Source of the DNA: Octopus vulgaris
Lineage: Eukaryota
DNA: 64,000 nt
Direction: 5' to 3'
NCBI GenBank assembly: GCA_951406725.2
Contig: OX597828.1
Coordinates: forward strand, 29,760,001-29,824,000
Shown here: positions 1-11,478 of the stretch, in pieces
How positions within the stretch are numbered: the first letter of the stretch is position 1
Layout: every line of letters starts with the position of its first letter
Program-made: the position numbers and the translations under genes
Notes under the pieces: model-generated
The model's input: the letters and a program-made list of their open reading frames with translations, nothing else
Databases searched by the model: none
Told to the model about the DNA's origin: nothing

Positions 1-325
1 AGGACGGTCTTAACGAAGTTCATTTGCACGCGGTGCACATTTACAAACGACGTTCAATGAAGTGCTATCTTGAAACACACTTTAACACACTGCATATATA
101 TATTTATACATTGAGATATTAGCTTAAAAACATTCAACATTCACTTATAAGGAAGTGATGCAATGTTGAGCAACGTTCAAAAGATAATACAAAATATAAC
201 CTGGCTAATCTCTCTCTGAAACGATTGTCTCACAACTGTAATCTTGGCCATAGAAAGACAGATAAAGTATCCTACACTTCATCGAAAAGTTCACAACTGT
301 TATGGTTTATCCTCATTTGAATATG

Positions 326-395
<70 letters not shown>

Positions 396-412
396 TGTAT
401 GTATAGGTATAT

Positions 413-498
413 ATATGAAATACAGTGTACATTTAAACACATTAAGAGGTTTCCATCATAGGAGGTTAATGTGTTTAAATGTACACTGTATTTTATAT
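413..498. repeat. Inverted repeat (33-bp stem, 20-nt loop) next to a (TA)n tract
   Basis: 413-445 atatgaaatacagtgtacatttaaacacattaa is the reverse complement of 466-498, with one mismatch (a G-U pair in RNA). Confidence 0.85.
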
Positions 499-593
499 GA
501 ATAATATATAGTCTATTGACTAATTTTTCTCTACGTTAGGTCACTGGTATTACCCTGATATTATTAATTCTCTCTCTATATATATTCTATAAT

Positions 594-672
<79 letters not shown>

Positions 673-700
673 GTGTGTATGTGTGTATATATATATATAT

Positions 701-741
<41 letters not shown>

Positions 742-861
742 AAAAGCAATTAAGATTCAAGTCAATTCCAATGAATTTACTTGAATGTGGTACTTAACTT
801 AGATGCACCAGAAAACTATATGGTGTTAACCATACAGTAATGTGGGGTGATTTATATTCTC

Positions 862-903
<42 letters not shown>

Positions 904-907
<4 letters not shown>

Positions 908-1445
908 CAAAAGGGACATTAGCCATTTGAATGTGGCTAGGGACAGGGCAGGGCGGTGGGGGTGTTACTGATGCATTTAACCCCAGGCGATCATCAACGT
1001 CACCAGATAGGCTTGACACCATCACGGTGTCCTCTATCCTGCAAAGGGAGATCATTCCCCGAAGAAGCGGATGCCACATACGGACCCAGGTTTCAAGGTG
1101 TTTGCCTCTCGTCAACGTATTGTAGGCACCGCCCCTCGACGAACGACTCTCTGTGCAGGATATTTATATATAAATTTTCACGTAAATACATTTACTGATT
1201 TCGAAAATCTGTTCAACAGCAATAATAATTCTCTAAACGAGATATAGACAGTAACTGCTCCATAACAAAAGGGACATTAGCCATTTGAATGTGGCTAGGG
1301 ACAGGGCAGGGCGGTGGGGGTGTTACTGATGCATTTAACCCCAGGTGATCATCAACGTCACCAGATAGGAATGATCTCCCTTTGCAGGATAGAGGACACC
1401 GTGATGGTGTCAAGCCTATCTGGTGACGTTGATGATCGCCTGGGG
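904..1445 (-). mobile_element. Non-autonomous Penelope-like / retrozyme-like element, 358-bp unit with hammerhead, partial tandem plus inverted segment
   Basis: 108-bp direct repeat 904-1011 / 1262-1369 (1 mismatch, offset 358). 1368-1445 is the reverse complement of 981-1058. Hammerhead at 1071-1129. The 3' end abuts (TA)n at 863-905. Homologous along its whole length to 51297-51674. Confidence 0.75.
1071..1129 (-). ncRNA. Type I hammerhead ribozyme (U3 core variant)
   Basis: Minus strand reads AUACG-UUGACGA-GAGG-caaaca-CCUU-GAAAC-cugg-GUC-CGUAU. Stem I is AUACG/CGUAU and extends with bulges to GUGCC/GGCAU, stem II has 4 bp, stem III is short, and the GUC cleavage triplet is at 1085-1083. 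Confidence 0.75.
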
Positions 1446-1499
1446 CTTTCGTTGCTAATCTTCTACTGTGAGATCTAGATGTCATTTATAAAAGGGCGG

Positions 1500-2200
1500 A
1501 TAAAAAACAATATAAAATTAATGAAAGGAAATGCGAAGCCCTCTATTCTGAAACAGCTTGCGCTAACATGATGATACAAAAATACTTTGGGCCAAAAAGA
1601 GCGGCATATCAATGCGTGAACTGGGGATATATATGAACAACAAAGCCTCATTTCATGTGCATATCACTAAGTTGGTGATGTCCAGCCGAATGGCACGATG
1701 GATTCTGAGAACTTACATAATATGCCACTAGGAAACTATAATGGTTCTACGGAGAACAATTACTCTGACAGTCCGGAATGCTTCTCTGAACTCCAGGCAC
1801 TCCACAGTGTCAACTGAATAGCAGAACAAGAGGCAGTACAGGGTTGCTACACCAAGAAGATTGCTACACCAAGAAGACGGGAGAGATAGGGAGTAATATA
1901 TGTATGGAAGATCCTGGAAGGGTTGGCACCAATCTTTGGCATCAAACCCTCGAACTGAACGTCAGTATACTGTTTCAAATGTCCCAGCTATTTCGTCTAG
2001 AGTGAGGACGATATAATGCAACAGGTTGTGAATCATGGTGTCACGGCTTTCTAATATATTGCCAAATCTGAGAAATCTACATCGAATAGGATTAGATGTT
2101 TTCAAGAAACAACTTGGCCTTCTGCTGTCCAAGGTCTCGGCAAGAACTACAAAAGAATAGCTATTGAAAAGGTGATAACTGATGGTGCACACACTCAGGC
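1500..2200 (+). mobile_element. Degenerate CR1-group LINE, C-terminal part of ORF2
   Basis: Broken frames give WILRT, EAVQGCYTKKIA and RRRER*GVIYVWKILEGLAPIFGI, resembling the post-RT region of CR1/L2-group LINEs. There is a 17-bp tandem duplication ttgctacaccaagaaga at about 1844-1877. Confidence 0.55.
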
Positions 2201-3194
2201 ATTGGTTCAAGGCTCCGTTTTTGTAGGCTAGTTGTATTAGTGATTACCTGCTACTAATTTCCTTACTATTCGGAGAACTCAAAAGCAATGTGAACACAAG
2301 TGAAACGGAGTATAGACATACACAGACGGAATTATAAGATCTATGCCTGTTAGTCCGAAGCAATACTACTTCTGCGAAACTTAGACGCACAACACAACGA
2401 ATATAAGGAATACGTACGTAATATGATTTAGGCTAGAAATTTTTAGATAATTTTTTAACCAGAGTCACTACCTCATGTGCACAATTTTGCTTTATTTATG
2501 TTGCAAATGCATTAGAAAATTCACAATTTTACTGTAAACTTAGATACACCATACAAGATCTTGTGTAGAGGATGTAAACAGAACAAGTGTAGGCTTATAT
2601 TTTATGTGCATAACTAATATCCTAGAGAAACATATGAATGTCACAAATCCCCATCCTTAGCCTCAATAACAAAGGCACCTTTAACACTAGTTAACAGAAA
2701 GCTGTATCATTTTAAGAATTATTTAATAAATAATGCTCTTTCCATGAATATGAATACGAAAATGGTGAGTAGATAGGAAAAGCGGATAATCGGATATTCA
2801 TAATCAGACACTGATATAGCTTATATGTATGTGTGTGTGAGGGAGTGTCAGTGTGTGTATATGTGTGTGTGTGTGTGTGGGTGTGTGCATGTGTGTGCGT
2901 GTGTGTCTATTGGAGTTATTGTATCAGCGTTTAATATCATACGATAAATGTTCCTGACCCATGGAGGAGACGTAAGCTCCTTATGACCTGATGTCGATTT
3001 TCAATTATAGCCTTTTGATTGCGCACTAAGTTGGTAATGCACTTTTGAGAGACTTAAAGGGTCATACAATCATGTTTCTCATTTCCCTACAAACGTGAAG
3101 TTTTGGATATGAGCAGAAAAATCAATATGATATAACAACAAGAGAACAGTGAAGTTGTTGAGGAAATACAGTGCTGAATTACCTTAATTACACA

Positions 3195-3395
3195 AAGAAA
3201 GTGTCCCTGTGCGGTCGGTCGACCTTCCTAAACTATTAGACTGATTCATTCAAAATGCACCCTACCACTTTGCAGAAGAGATGATATATAATCTAGTAAA
3301 ATCCTAAATATACAAAAAAGTGTGGGTAATTAGGGAAACGAACGTCCATTATCATAAGTGCGATCAGCGGTAGATGACCTGTGCCTAAATAATAT
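3195..3395 (+). mobile_element. Old dispersed short repeat (family E)
   Basis: Degenerate similarity to 60385-60590 (+) and to minus-strand copies at about 16180-16380, 17020-17300, 17480-17700 and 61670-61740. Confidence 0.4.
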
Positions 3396-4452
3396 CAGTA
3401 ATAGTCAATACTCCAATTGCTACTTTCAGCTATTTCGAAATGCTACCGTAGACGAATTTGTTATTTAGGAAATCTTAGTAGTCGCTAACTTTAGTGCTAT
3501 ATCAGGCCTTTTTAAGTCGTGGAGGATGTACATTTTCCATTTTTTTATGACCCCCCACCCCAACAAAAAAAAAAAACCCCGAAAATTTTCAAGCGTTTTT
3601 ATCGATGCTAATTGAGAAGATGTTGCTGTTATTTTCTTTAAAATAACTGAAATCTTCCCTTTAGAAAAAATTCTTTTCTCATTATTTAGCAATTGCAAAT
3701 ATTTTTCTATACCCTAAAACCATTCGGTTTAAATGATACTGTTGATATAAATACAATTACAATATTCAATAAATAAAAGATAGTTTCATAATAAGTACAG
3801 ACGCTGACATACACTCGTTTACCTTCCACTAATGGAAAATATCATTCATCATTGTCGTAAAGATAAGATCATAAAATAGAATGTAAACACTATCGCTTAT
3901 TAGAGACGAAGAAAAGGAGTGTTCTATTATAGATTTCCATTTGTTTTCACAGATTCTTCATTAAAAATTGATGGTATAATCACCTACAAACAATTGATGT
4001 TGGTTATGGTTTGTTCATATAATCGCGTAGTGCCCGGTGACGTGTTTCTGTATACACAAACTGGTTTGTGGTGACCGTAGACAAGCACCGGTAGCTGTAA
4101 TTAGTTAACAGTGGCCTCTGCGGTAAGATCAGCAGGGTACATTGCACGAATAATTGCAAGACAGTTAAAGCGCAAGGCAACAAACCTGCAGAGAGTTCGA
4201 TACGAGTTTGGGATTTCACTCAACAACGAGCATAAGGGACGTTTTCAACTCGCAATTTTAGAATAAATCTCTATAAAGAAAGGACGAGGAAATCATTGAA
4301 CTTAAATCTACCAACTCAATAATGAAGAGGAGAAGAAGGAGGAAGATGATGATGATGAATATGACGACGAGGTGATGGTGATGGTGATGATGACGATAAT
4401 GATGGCGACGATGATGATGATAACAAATAGAAGAACAACTACAAAATAAGAC

Positions 4453-4584
4453 TAAGACTACCATGTAGCGTAAATATGATGCTTGTACCTGGTGTACTCT
4501 CATCAAACGGGTAGTTATGATGGCTATATTGCGCTTCGTATATTTGTACTCCACCGTTACTTTGATGGCATGCGCTGCTTTCTC
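4453..4584 (+). mobile_element. 3' end of (AAT)n-associated non-coding element D
   Basis: Matches the reverse complement of about 41957-42100 (cctggtgtac..catca.a.gggtagt.atgatg...gatggcatgc...ctc) and is followed directly by (AAT)n. Confidence 0.7.
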
Positions 4585-4625
<41 letters not shown>

Positions 4626-4679
4626 CAACAACAACAACAAAGTACAGACAACAATAACTATAGTAATTGGCACACTTAG

Positions 4680-4930
4680 AGAGTGTAGACGTGATACCAA
4701 TAGTAATTGGTACACTTTGAAGTATCAACTCCCAACTACCGACATGGCTGAAAAAGATTGGTGCAAGTGTGAAGGTACAACACTTATAAAAATCAGCATT
4801 GCTTGGATCTGCAAGAATTCTTCGCGGGGTTCTTGAAGCATGACTAGTAAACAAGTATCTCGTAAGTCTGCTGGCTTTGGACAGCTGACACTTTCCTTCA
4901 TACCCAGCCCCAAAAAAGCTGTGATATTTC

Positions 4931-4932
<2 letters not shown>
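4680..4932 (+). mobile_element. R4/Dong-like RLE retrotransposon, 5'-truncated 3' end
   Basis: Translates to VIPIVIGTL...KIGASVKVQHL*KSALLGSARILRGVLEA*, followed by a 3' UTR and (AAT)n. A shorter copy of the same 3' end lies at 5274-5380. Confidence 0.7.
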
Positions 4933-5011
<79 letters not shown>

Positions 5012-5212
5012 GCTGTGGAAACAAGATCCATTCATGAATTCATTTATTTATTAAATTTTTTAAATACATATTTTACTTGTCAATTTGCGTGTGTAATCTG
5101 GGAATGCATGCAATGAGCTTCTCTGCCGTAGGTGTACGGAAAACACACGGCGAGAAATGGAAGAAAATTTGAAGAAAGAAGGAAAATAATAATAATAATA
5201 ATAATAATAATG

Positions 5213-5255
<43 letters not shown>

Positions 5256-5273
5256 TAATAATAATAATAATAA

Positions 5274-5380
5274 TGGTTTCTTGAAGCATGACCAGTAAAC
5301 AAGTGTCACCTAAGTCTGCTGGCTGTGGACAGCTGACACTTTCAATCATACCCAGAAAAATAGGAAGTGAGTTTTAATAC
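5274..5380 (+). mobile_element. Short 3' fragment of the same R4/Dong-like element
   Basis: tcttgaagcatgaccagtaaacaagtgtcacctaagtctgctggctgtggacagctgacactttc matches 4831-4905 and is flanked by (AAT)n/(AAC)n. Confidence 0.7.
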
Positions 5381-5415
5381 AATAACAACAACAACAATAA
5401 TTATTATTATTGTTA

Positions 5416-5630
5416 TCCTTTGTACTATAGGCACAAAGCTTGAAATTTGGGGGGATGGGACTAGTTGGTTACATCGACCCCCAGTGACCGGCTGGTACTT
5501 AATTTATTGACCCTGAACGATAACAAGTAAAGTCGACCCCGGCAGAATTTGAACTCAGAACATAAAGACGGACAAAATGCTGTTATGCATTTTGTCAAGC
5601 GTGCTAACGATTCTGCCAGCTCGTCGCCTT
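5416..5630 (-). mobile_element. tRNA-derived SINE family B
   Basis: Reverse complement has the ggcgacgagctggcagaatcgttagcac head, a gagttcaaattc B-box and the gtcgacttt...aagtacca central domain shared with more than 20 copies in the window. Confidence 0.85.
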
Positions 5631-5951
5631 AGTCATGATAACAATAATAATAATAATAATAATGAGATTTTAATTTACAGGCTGACGATGAGATTCAAGT
5701 GAGACCACCTGGTATTATCAACCAGGATAAGCCATCAAAAGAGTGCATTTTCATAATATGGCTATGTGTGCTGATATGAATGTAGCGGTGAACGAACAGA
5801 GGTAAAGATACCAAGATATAGGAGGGTAAATGTGAAGTCGAAAGTTTATCAATAATTAAGGAAACTACTTTTGACCCAGTATCAAGGACACTGACACCAA
5901 ACGCAAAACATTTTTGCTTACCATTGAATACTACTACTACTACTACTATTT

Positions 5952-6026
<75 letters not shown>

Positions 6027-6049
6027 ATAATAATAATAATAATAATAAT

Positions 6050-6300
6050 GCAACTGTCCCCCTGGTAGTTGTAGGGGCGCTGGGAACACTAAGAACCATA
6101 TTTGAGAAATTTGTTGGAGAAATTGGAAAATACTCAGAAAACTGATTTATTGAGGACGGCAAGGAATTATAGATTGGTACTTGGGTGTTAAGTATCGTGG
6201 AAATAGAACCTATGAGACCCTCAACAGCAGAATGTTGTCTGCTGTTATAGAATTAGTTGGAGGAAGTGAAATCATGTGCTTTCAGAAGTGAAATGGAAAT
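6050..6300 (+). mobile_element. Diverged R4/Dong-like 3' fragment
   Basis: Translates to VPLVVVGALGTLRTIFEKFVGEIG...LLRTAR. Preceded by (ACT)n(AAT)n and followed by aataattat. Confidence 0.55.
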
Positions 6301-6917
6301 AATAATTATAAAAATATAATCTGTGTTCAGTGCCGCTTGTCTAAGCATCAAAATGAATTATCACACTTGATGTAACGTTTAAAGACGATCCCATGAATGC
6401 TCAGTGTTATGGACATAACATGACGTTACATCCATAGCATGAATTGCCATTACGTTGACATTTTGTATAGTAACCCTTATCGATCGATACAGATCTTCAA
6501 GAATACCAGGATCCTAATAAAATTGACATTATTACAATATAATCAATATTACATGATATGGTGGGGTGTAAAACAAAACTAATTATGAATTTTTATTACT
6601 TTTAGAGAAAAGGATCAAGATATTTGAAGTGGATTTTTTATGGCATAATCAGAGTAAGAGGAAGATTCTGTTCCACAGAGCCTGCAAACCCGATGATAGA
6701 AAGAGACGAAGATTCTCATATACTTTTATCTGAGATTTAACACGAATGCTTGCAATGCAACAGATTGAGTTCTGCCAAAAATATTTGAGGTGCATTTGTT
6801 GGTGATAGTGTGACACATCAAGTCTTGCTGAAGGTTATGTCTTAGAACCAAAAGGGTGGATGCTCAAGGGATAAATATAGAAATGGCATTGGTAAAATTG
6901 AATCTATTGCAAGGAGT

Positions 6918-7327
6918 GGCGCAGGAGTGGCTGTGTGGTAAGTAGCTTGTTTACCAACCACATGGTTCCGGGTTCAGTCCCACTACGTGGAATCTTGGGC
7001 AAGTGGCTTCTACTATAGCTTCGGGCCGACCAAGCCTTGTGAGTGGATTTGGTAGACGGAAACTGAAAGAAGCCCGTCGTATATATGTATATATATGCGT
7101 GTGTGTGTTTGTGTGTCTGTGTTTGTCCCCCCAACATCGCTTGACAACCGATGCTGGTGTGTTTATGTCCCCGTTACTTAGCGGTTCGGCAAAAGAGACC
7201 GATAGACTAAGTACTGGGCTTACAAAAGAATAAGTCCCGGGGTCGATTTGCTCGATTAAAGGCGGTGCTCCAGCATGGCCGCAGTCAAATGACCGAAACA
7301 AATAAAAGAATAAAAGAGTAAAGAGTA
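6918..7327 (+). mobile_element. tRNA-derived CORE-like SINE family A, full length
   Basis: Head ggcgcaggagtggctgtgtggtaag, B-box gggttcagtccc, CORE-like cttgggcaagt, internal (TA)/(TG) microsatellite and (aaagagt)n tail. Confidence 0.9.
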
Positions 7328-7604
7328 ATCAAATTACGAGGAAAAGAAGAATTCAGTTACTAGAGTTACTAGACATGACTGTGCGACTAAGAAGCTCTCT
7401 TTTTATAGTTCCAGATCGACCAATTCTTGTGAGTAAATTTTGAAGATGGAAACCGTGTGAAAGCTCATCGCATATCTGTGTGTGTGTGTATGTTTGTGTG
7501 TGTGCATGAGTGTGTGTCCGTGCGTATGAGTGTGTGTATGTGTGTGAGTATGTGTGCGTGTCTTAGTGTTGTAGATGTTCGTCAGAAGAGACTAATTAGT
7601 ACCA

Positions 7605-8025
7605 GGCAGCGAGCTGGCAGAAACGATAGCACGCCGGGCGAAATGCTTAGTGGTATTTCGTCTGCCGTTACGTTCTAAGTTCAAATTCCGCCGAGGTCGA
7701 CTTTGCCTTTTATCCTTTGGAGGTCGATTAAATAAGTACCAGTTACGTACTGGGGTCGATATAATCGACTTAATCCGTTTGTCTCTCATTGATTGTCCTC
7801 TTTGTGTGTAGCCCGTTGTGAGTAGTAAAGAAATAAAAAAAAACGTTAGCACTCAAGGTGAAATGCTTAGCGGCATTTCGTCTGTCTTTATGTTCTGAGT
7901 TCAAATTCATTTGCCTTTCATCCTTTCGGGGATGATAAATTAAGTACCAGTTGCATACTGGGGCTGATCTAATCGACTGTCCCTCTCCCTCAATTTTCGG
8001 GTCTTGTGCCTAGAGTAGAACAGAA
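7605..8025 (+). mobile_element. Two adjacent SINE family B copies
   Basis: Full copy at 7605-7840 followed by a head-truncated copy at 7842-8025. Confidence 0.85.
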
Positions 8026-8196
8026 TTAAGAATAAACACTGGAGACGCACTGTCCGACAAAAAATCCAGAAGGATGTGCCCAAGCATGGCTGCAGTATAA
8101 TAACTGAAACATATGAAGATAAAAGAGATTCAAATGGTTAAGGAATCTTCACTCAATATCATTTTATTGCCACTCCGGATCCTCTTCATCTCATTT

Positions 8197-8197
<1 letters not shown>

Positions 8198-8253
<56 letters not shown>

Positions 8254-8281
8254 CACTACCACTACCACCACCACCACTACC

Positions 8282-8343
<62 letters not shown>

Positions 8344-8453
8344 CACTACTACTACTACTACCAGCACAACCACCACCCCTGCTGCTGCTACTACTACTAC
8401 TACTACTACTGCTGCTGCTGCTACTACTACTACTACTACTACTGCTGCTGCTG

Positions 8454-8539
<86 letters not shown>

Positions 8540-8567
8540 GCTGCTACTACTACTGCTACTGCTGCTG

Positions 8568-8631
<64 letters not shown>

Positions 8632-8655
8632 AGTTGCTGCTGCTGCTGCTGCTCG
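8198..8655. repeat. Compound trinucleotide microsatellite (CTA/CCA/CTG)n
   Basis: About 460 bp of in-phase tac/cac/tgc triplets. It is the source of the spurious poly-Y/H/C and poly-V ORFs. Confidence 0.95.
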
Positions 8656-9046
8656 TAGCAGCAGTACAAAGCAGCAGCGGTCAATGGCTCCTCTGAAGTA
8701 GCATGCTGTGATTCACATCAACTCACGGCCACTCCTTTTGAAATAGCGCTAAATATTACTTTCTGTTTTCTATTCGCTACATTCGTCTGTCTATTCAAAT
8801 ATTTTCAAATAGGAAACAACCTGCGTGTAACCAAAGTGGATATATATCCATCACATAAATCTTACCATTCCGAAGAACACGAAAGCATTTGTACACTTCG
8901 GTGTTTAATAAATAAATATGGGAATAACGCATTTAGCCAATTTGACCCTCGCGCTGCTTTGGTGGTAGTGAAACACCTCTTCAACGTATATATTTCGTGC
9001 AATCTATATTCCGTTAACCATTCCCTTTGTAACATAGAAAATTATA

Positions 9047-9280
9047 TATTTCTTTACTACCCACAAGGGGCTAAACACAGAGGAGACAAACAAGGACAGA
9101 CAAACGGATTAAGTCGATTACATCAACCCCAGTGTGTAACTGGTACTTAATTTATCGACCTCAGAAGGATGAAAGGCAAAGTTGACCTCGGCGGAATTTG
9201 AACTCGGAACGTAACGGCAGACGAAATACGGCAACGCATTTCGCCCGGCGTGCTAACGTTTCTGCCAGCTCACCGCCTTC
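9047..9280 (-). mobile_element. SINE family B with 12-bp TSD
   Basis: TSD tagaaaattata at 9035-9046 and 9281-9292. Confidence 0.9.
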
Positions 9281-9329
9281 TAGAAAATTATAGCGTAGCA
9301 TACACTTCGTGATAAACCTCGAAGACTAA

Positions 9330-9600
9330 TCTTTTCTTTTATTCTTTTATTTGTTTCAATCATTTCACTGCGGTCATGTTTGGGCAACGTCTTTAGTCGA
9401 AGAAATCAACCCAAGAACTTATTCTATCGGACTCTTTTGCCGAGCCGCTAAACTACGGGGACGTAAACGCACCAGCATCGAAAGGACGAAAGGCAAAGTC
9501 GACCTGAGTAGAATTTGAACTCAGGACGTATAGGATGACTAAATGCTGCTAAGGATTTTGTCCGGCGAGCTAACGATTCTGTCAGATCACTGCTTTTAGT
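9330..9600 (-). mobile_element. SINE A tail fragment fused to a SINE B head fragment
   Basis: 9330-9480 matches the family A tail and 9481-9600 matches the family B head, both on the minus strand. Confidence 0.7.
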
Positions 9601-9861
9601 ATTTTTAATAATGAGATATGATGTCATTGTATTATCCTCGTGTGTCTTGTAGAAATAAAAATCTTAAAGAATAAATTAATGTAGAGGTGAAATATAAAAG
9701 AAGTCGATGAAAAAATAAATAAATACATATGTGTACGTGCGTATACATATGTGTGTGTGTATATATATATATACATACATGAATACATGAATATGTATAT
9801 CTACTCAAGATTGTTTGTATGCGTGTATGTATGTAGGTATGTATCTATGTAGGGAGTATTC

Positions 9862-10199
<338 letters not shown>

Positions 10200-11030
10200 A
10201 ATATCTGTATTGTGAGATTTGCTGCATCGTAGACTCTGAAATTACAAGCAATAATTACTAAATCTATCAATTTACAAGATTTCGTAACGTATAACCATCA
10301 TTGAAATTTATGTTTTCTCTGATAGCACCAAGAACCGTCCCCCCCCATACACACACAAATGGAAGAAAGGATGTAAGAATACTGGGATGTTTATACTTTT
10401 GCTATGAGTGAAATAAATTACCTTTAACTGAGAATTGGAATGTTACGCAGTAAGAAGTATCGGATCCGTGGCAACCCAATAACTATTGCAACGACATACT
10501 TGAACGCAGGGAAGAAACGCTTTTCATATGCGCAGAAGCTTACGCATGAGTACATAATCCGGAATAAATAAGGTCGTAACCTTTTCATAAATTTGTTATA
10601 CATGAATAAATATTTTAGCTATGAGGCGCATGCATAGTGATAGGAACAAAATTGATGCTGCGATGTGATGTAACATATCTGTAGCATCAAACACATTGGA
10701 AGATATTACATCATCAAGATCCATCCAAACACAAATGTCAGTGAAATATTCGGATTCAATGAAATATGATGCAACCGAAAAGCTATATATTACACCACAA
10801 AAGCAATACAGTCGTAATCGAAGGCTGATTTGTACAAGTGCCGGCTATAAAGACCGCAAAGTAAGATAATCTAATCTAATATCTCAAGAAACCGGGTCCT
10901 AGCAAAAGCTCTAAATCTTGACGATCATTGGTTTCAGGCACAAGTAATTAGGTAGGTTTTATAAAATTGTTAATAACTTGTGTGGGAATTTGGCATGAGG
11001 GAAATTCTGTTGAAGAGCATCGCGTATACT

Positions 11031-11248
11031 CTTACTCTCTTTTACTCTTTTACTTATTTCCGTCATTTGACTGCGGCCATGCTGGAGCACCGACTTTAGT
11101 CGAGTAAATCGACCCCAGGACTTATTATTCGTAAGCCTAGTACTTATTCTATCGGTCTCTTTTGCCGAACCGCTAAGTTACGGGGACGTAAACACACCAC
11201 CATCGGTTGTCAAGCGATGTTGGGGGGACAAACACACGCAAACACACA

Positions 11249-11315
<67 letters not shown>

Positions 11316-11478
11316 GACGGGCTTCTTTCAGTTTCCGTCTACCAAATCCACTCAAAAGGCTTCGGTTGGCCCGAGGCTATAGTAGAAGATACTTGCCGAA
11401 GGTGCCACGCAGTGGGACTGAACCCAGAACCATGTGGTTGGTAAGCAAGCTACTTAGCACACAGCCACTCCTGCGCCT
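11031..11478 (-). mobile_element. SINE family A, full length
   Basis: Reverse complement of 6918-7327 with an expanded internal (TA)n/(CATA)n tract. Confidence 0.9.

Noticed and set aside
6918-6995. tRNA-like sequences at SINE heads (also about 11400-11478, 23014, 53620 and 57202)
   Set aside because: They have A/B-box-like motifs but no clean cloverleaf and continue into SINE bodies, so they are not tRNA genes.
6904-7301. Recurrent ORFs such as RRASFSFRLPNPL and AEVDFAFHPFGVDK
   Set aside because: They are chance translations of SINE A and SINE B and recur at each SINE copy.
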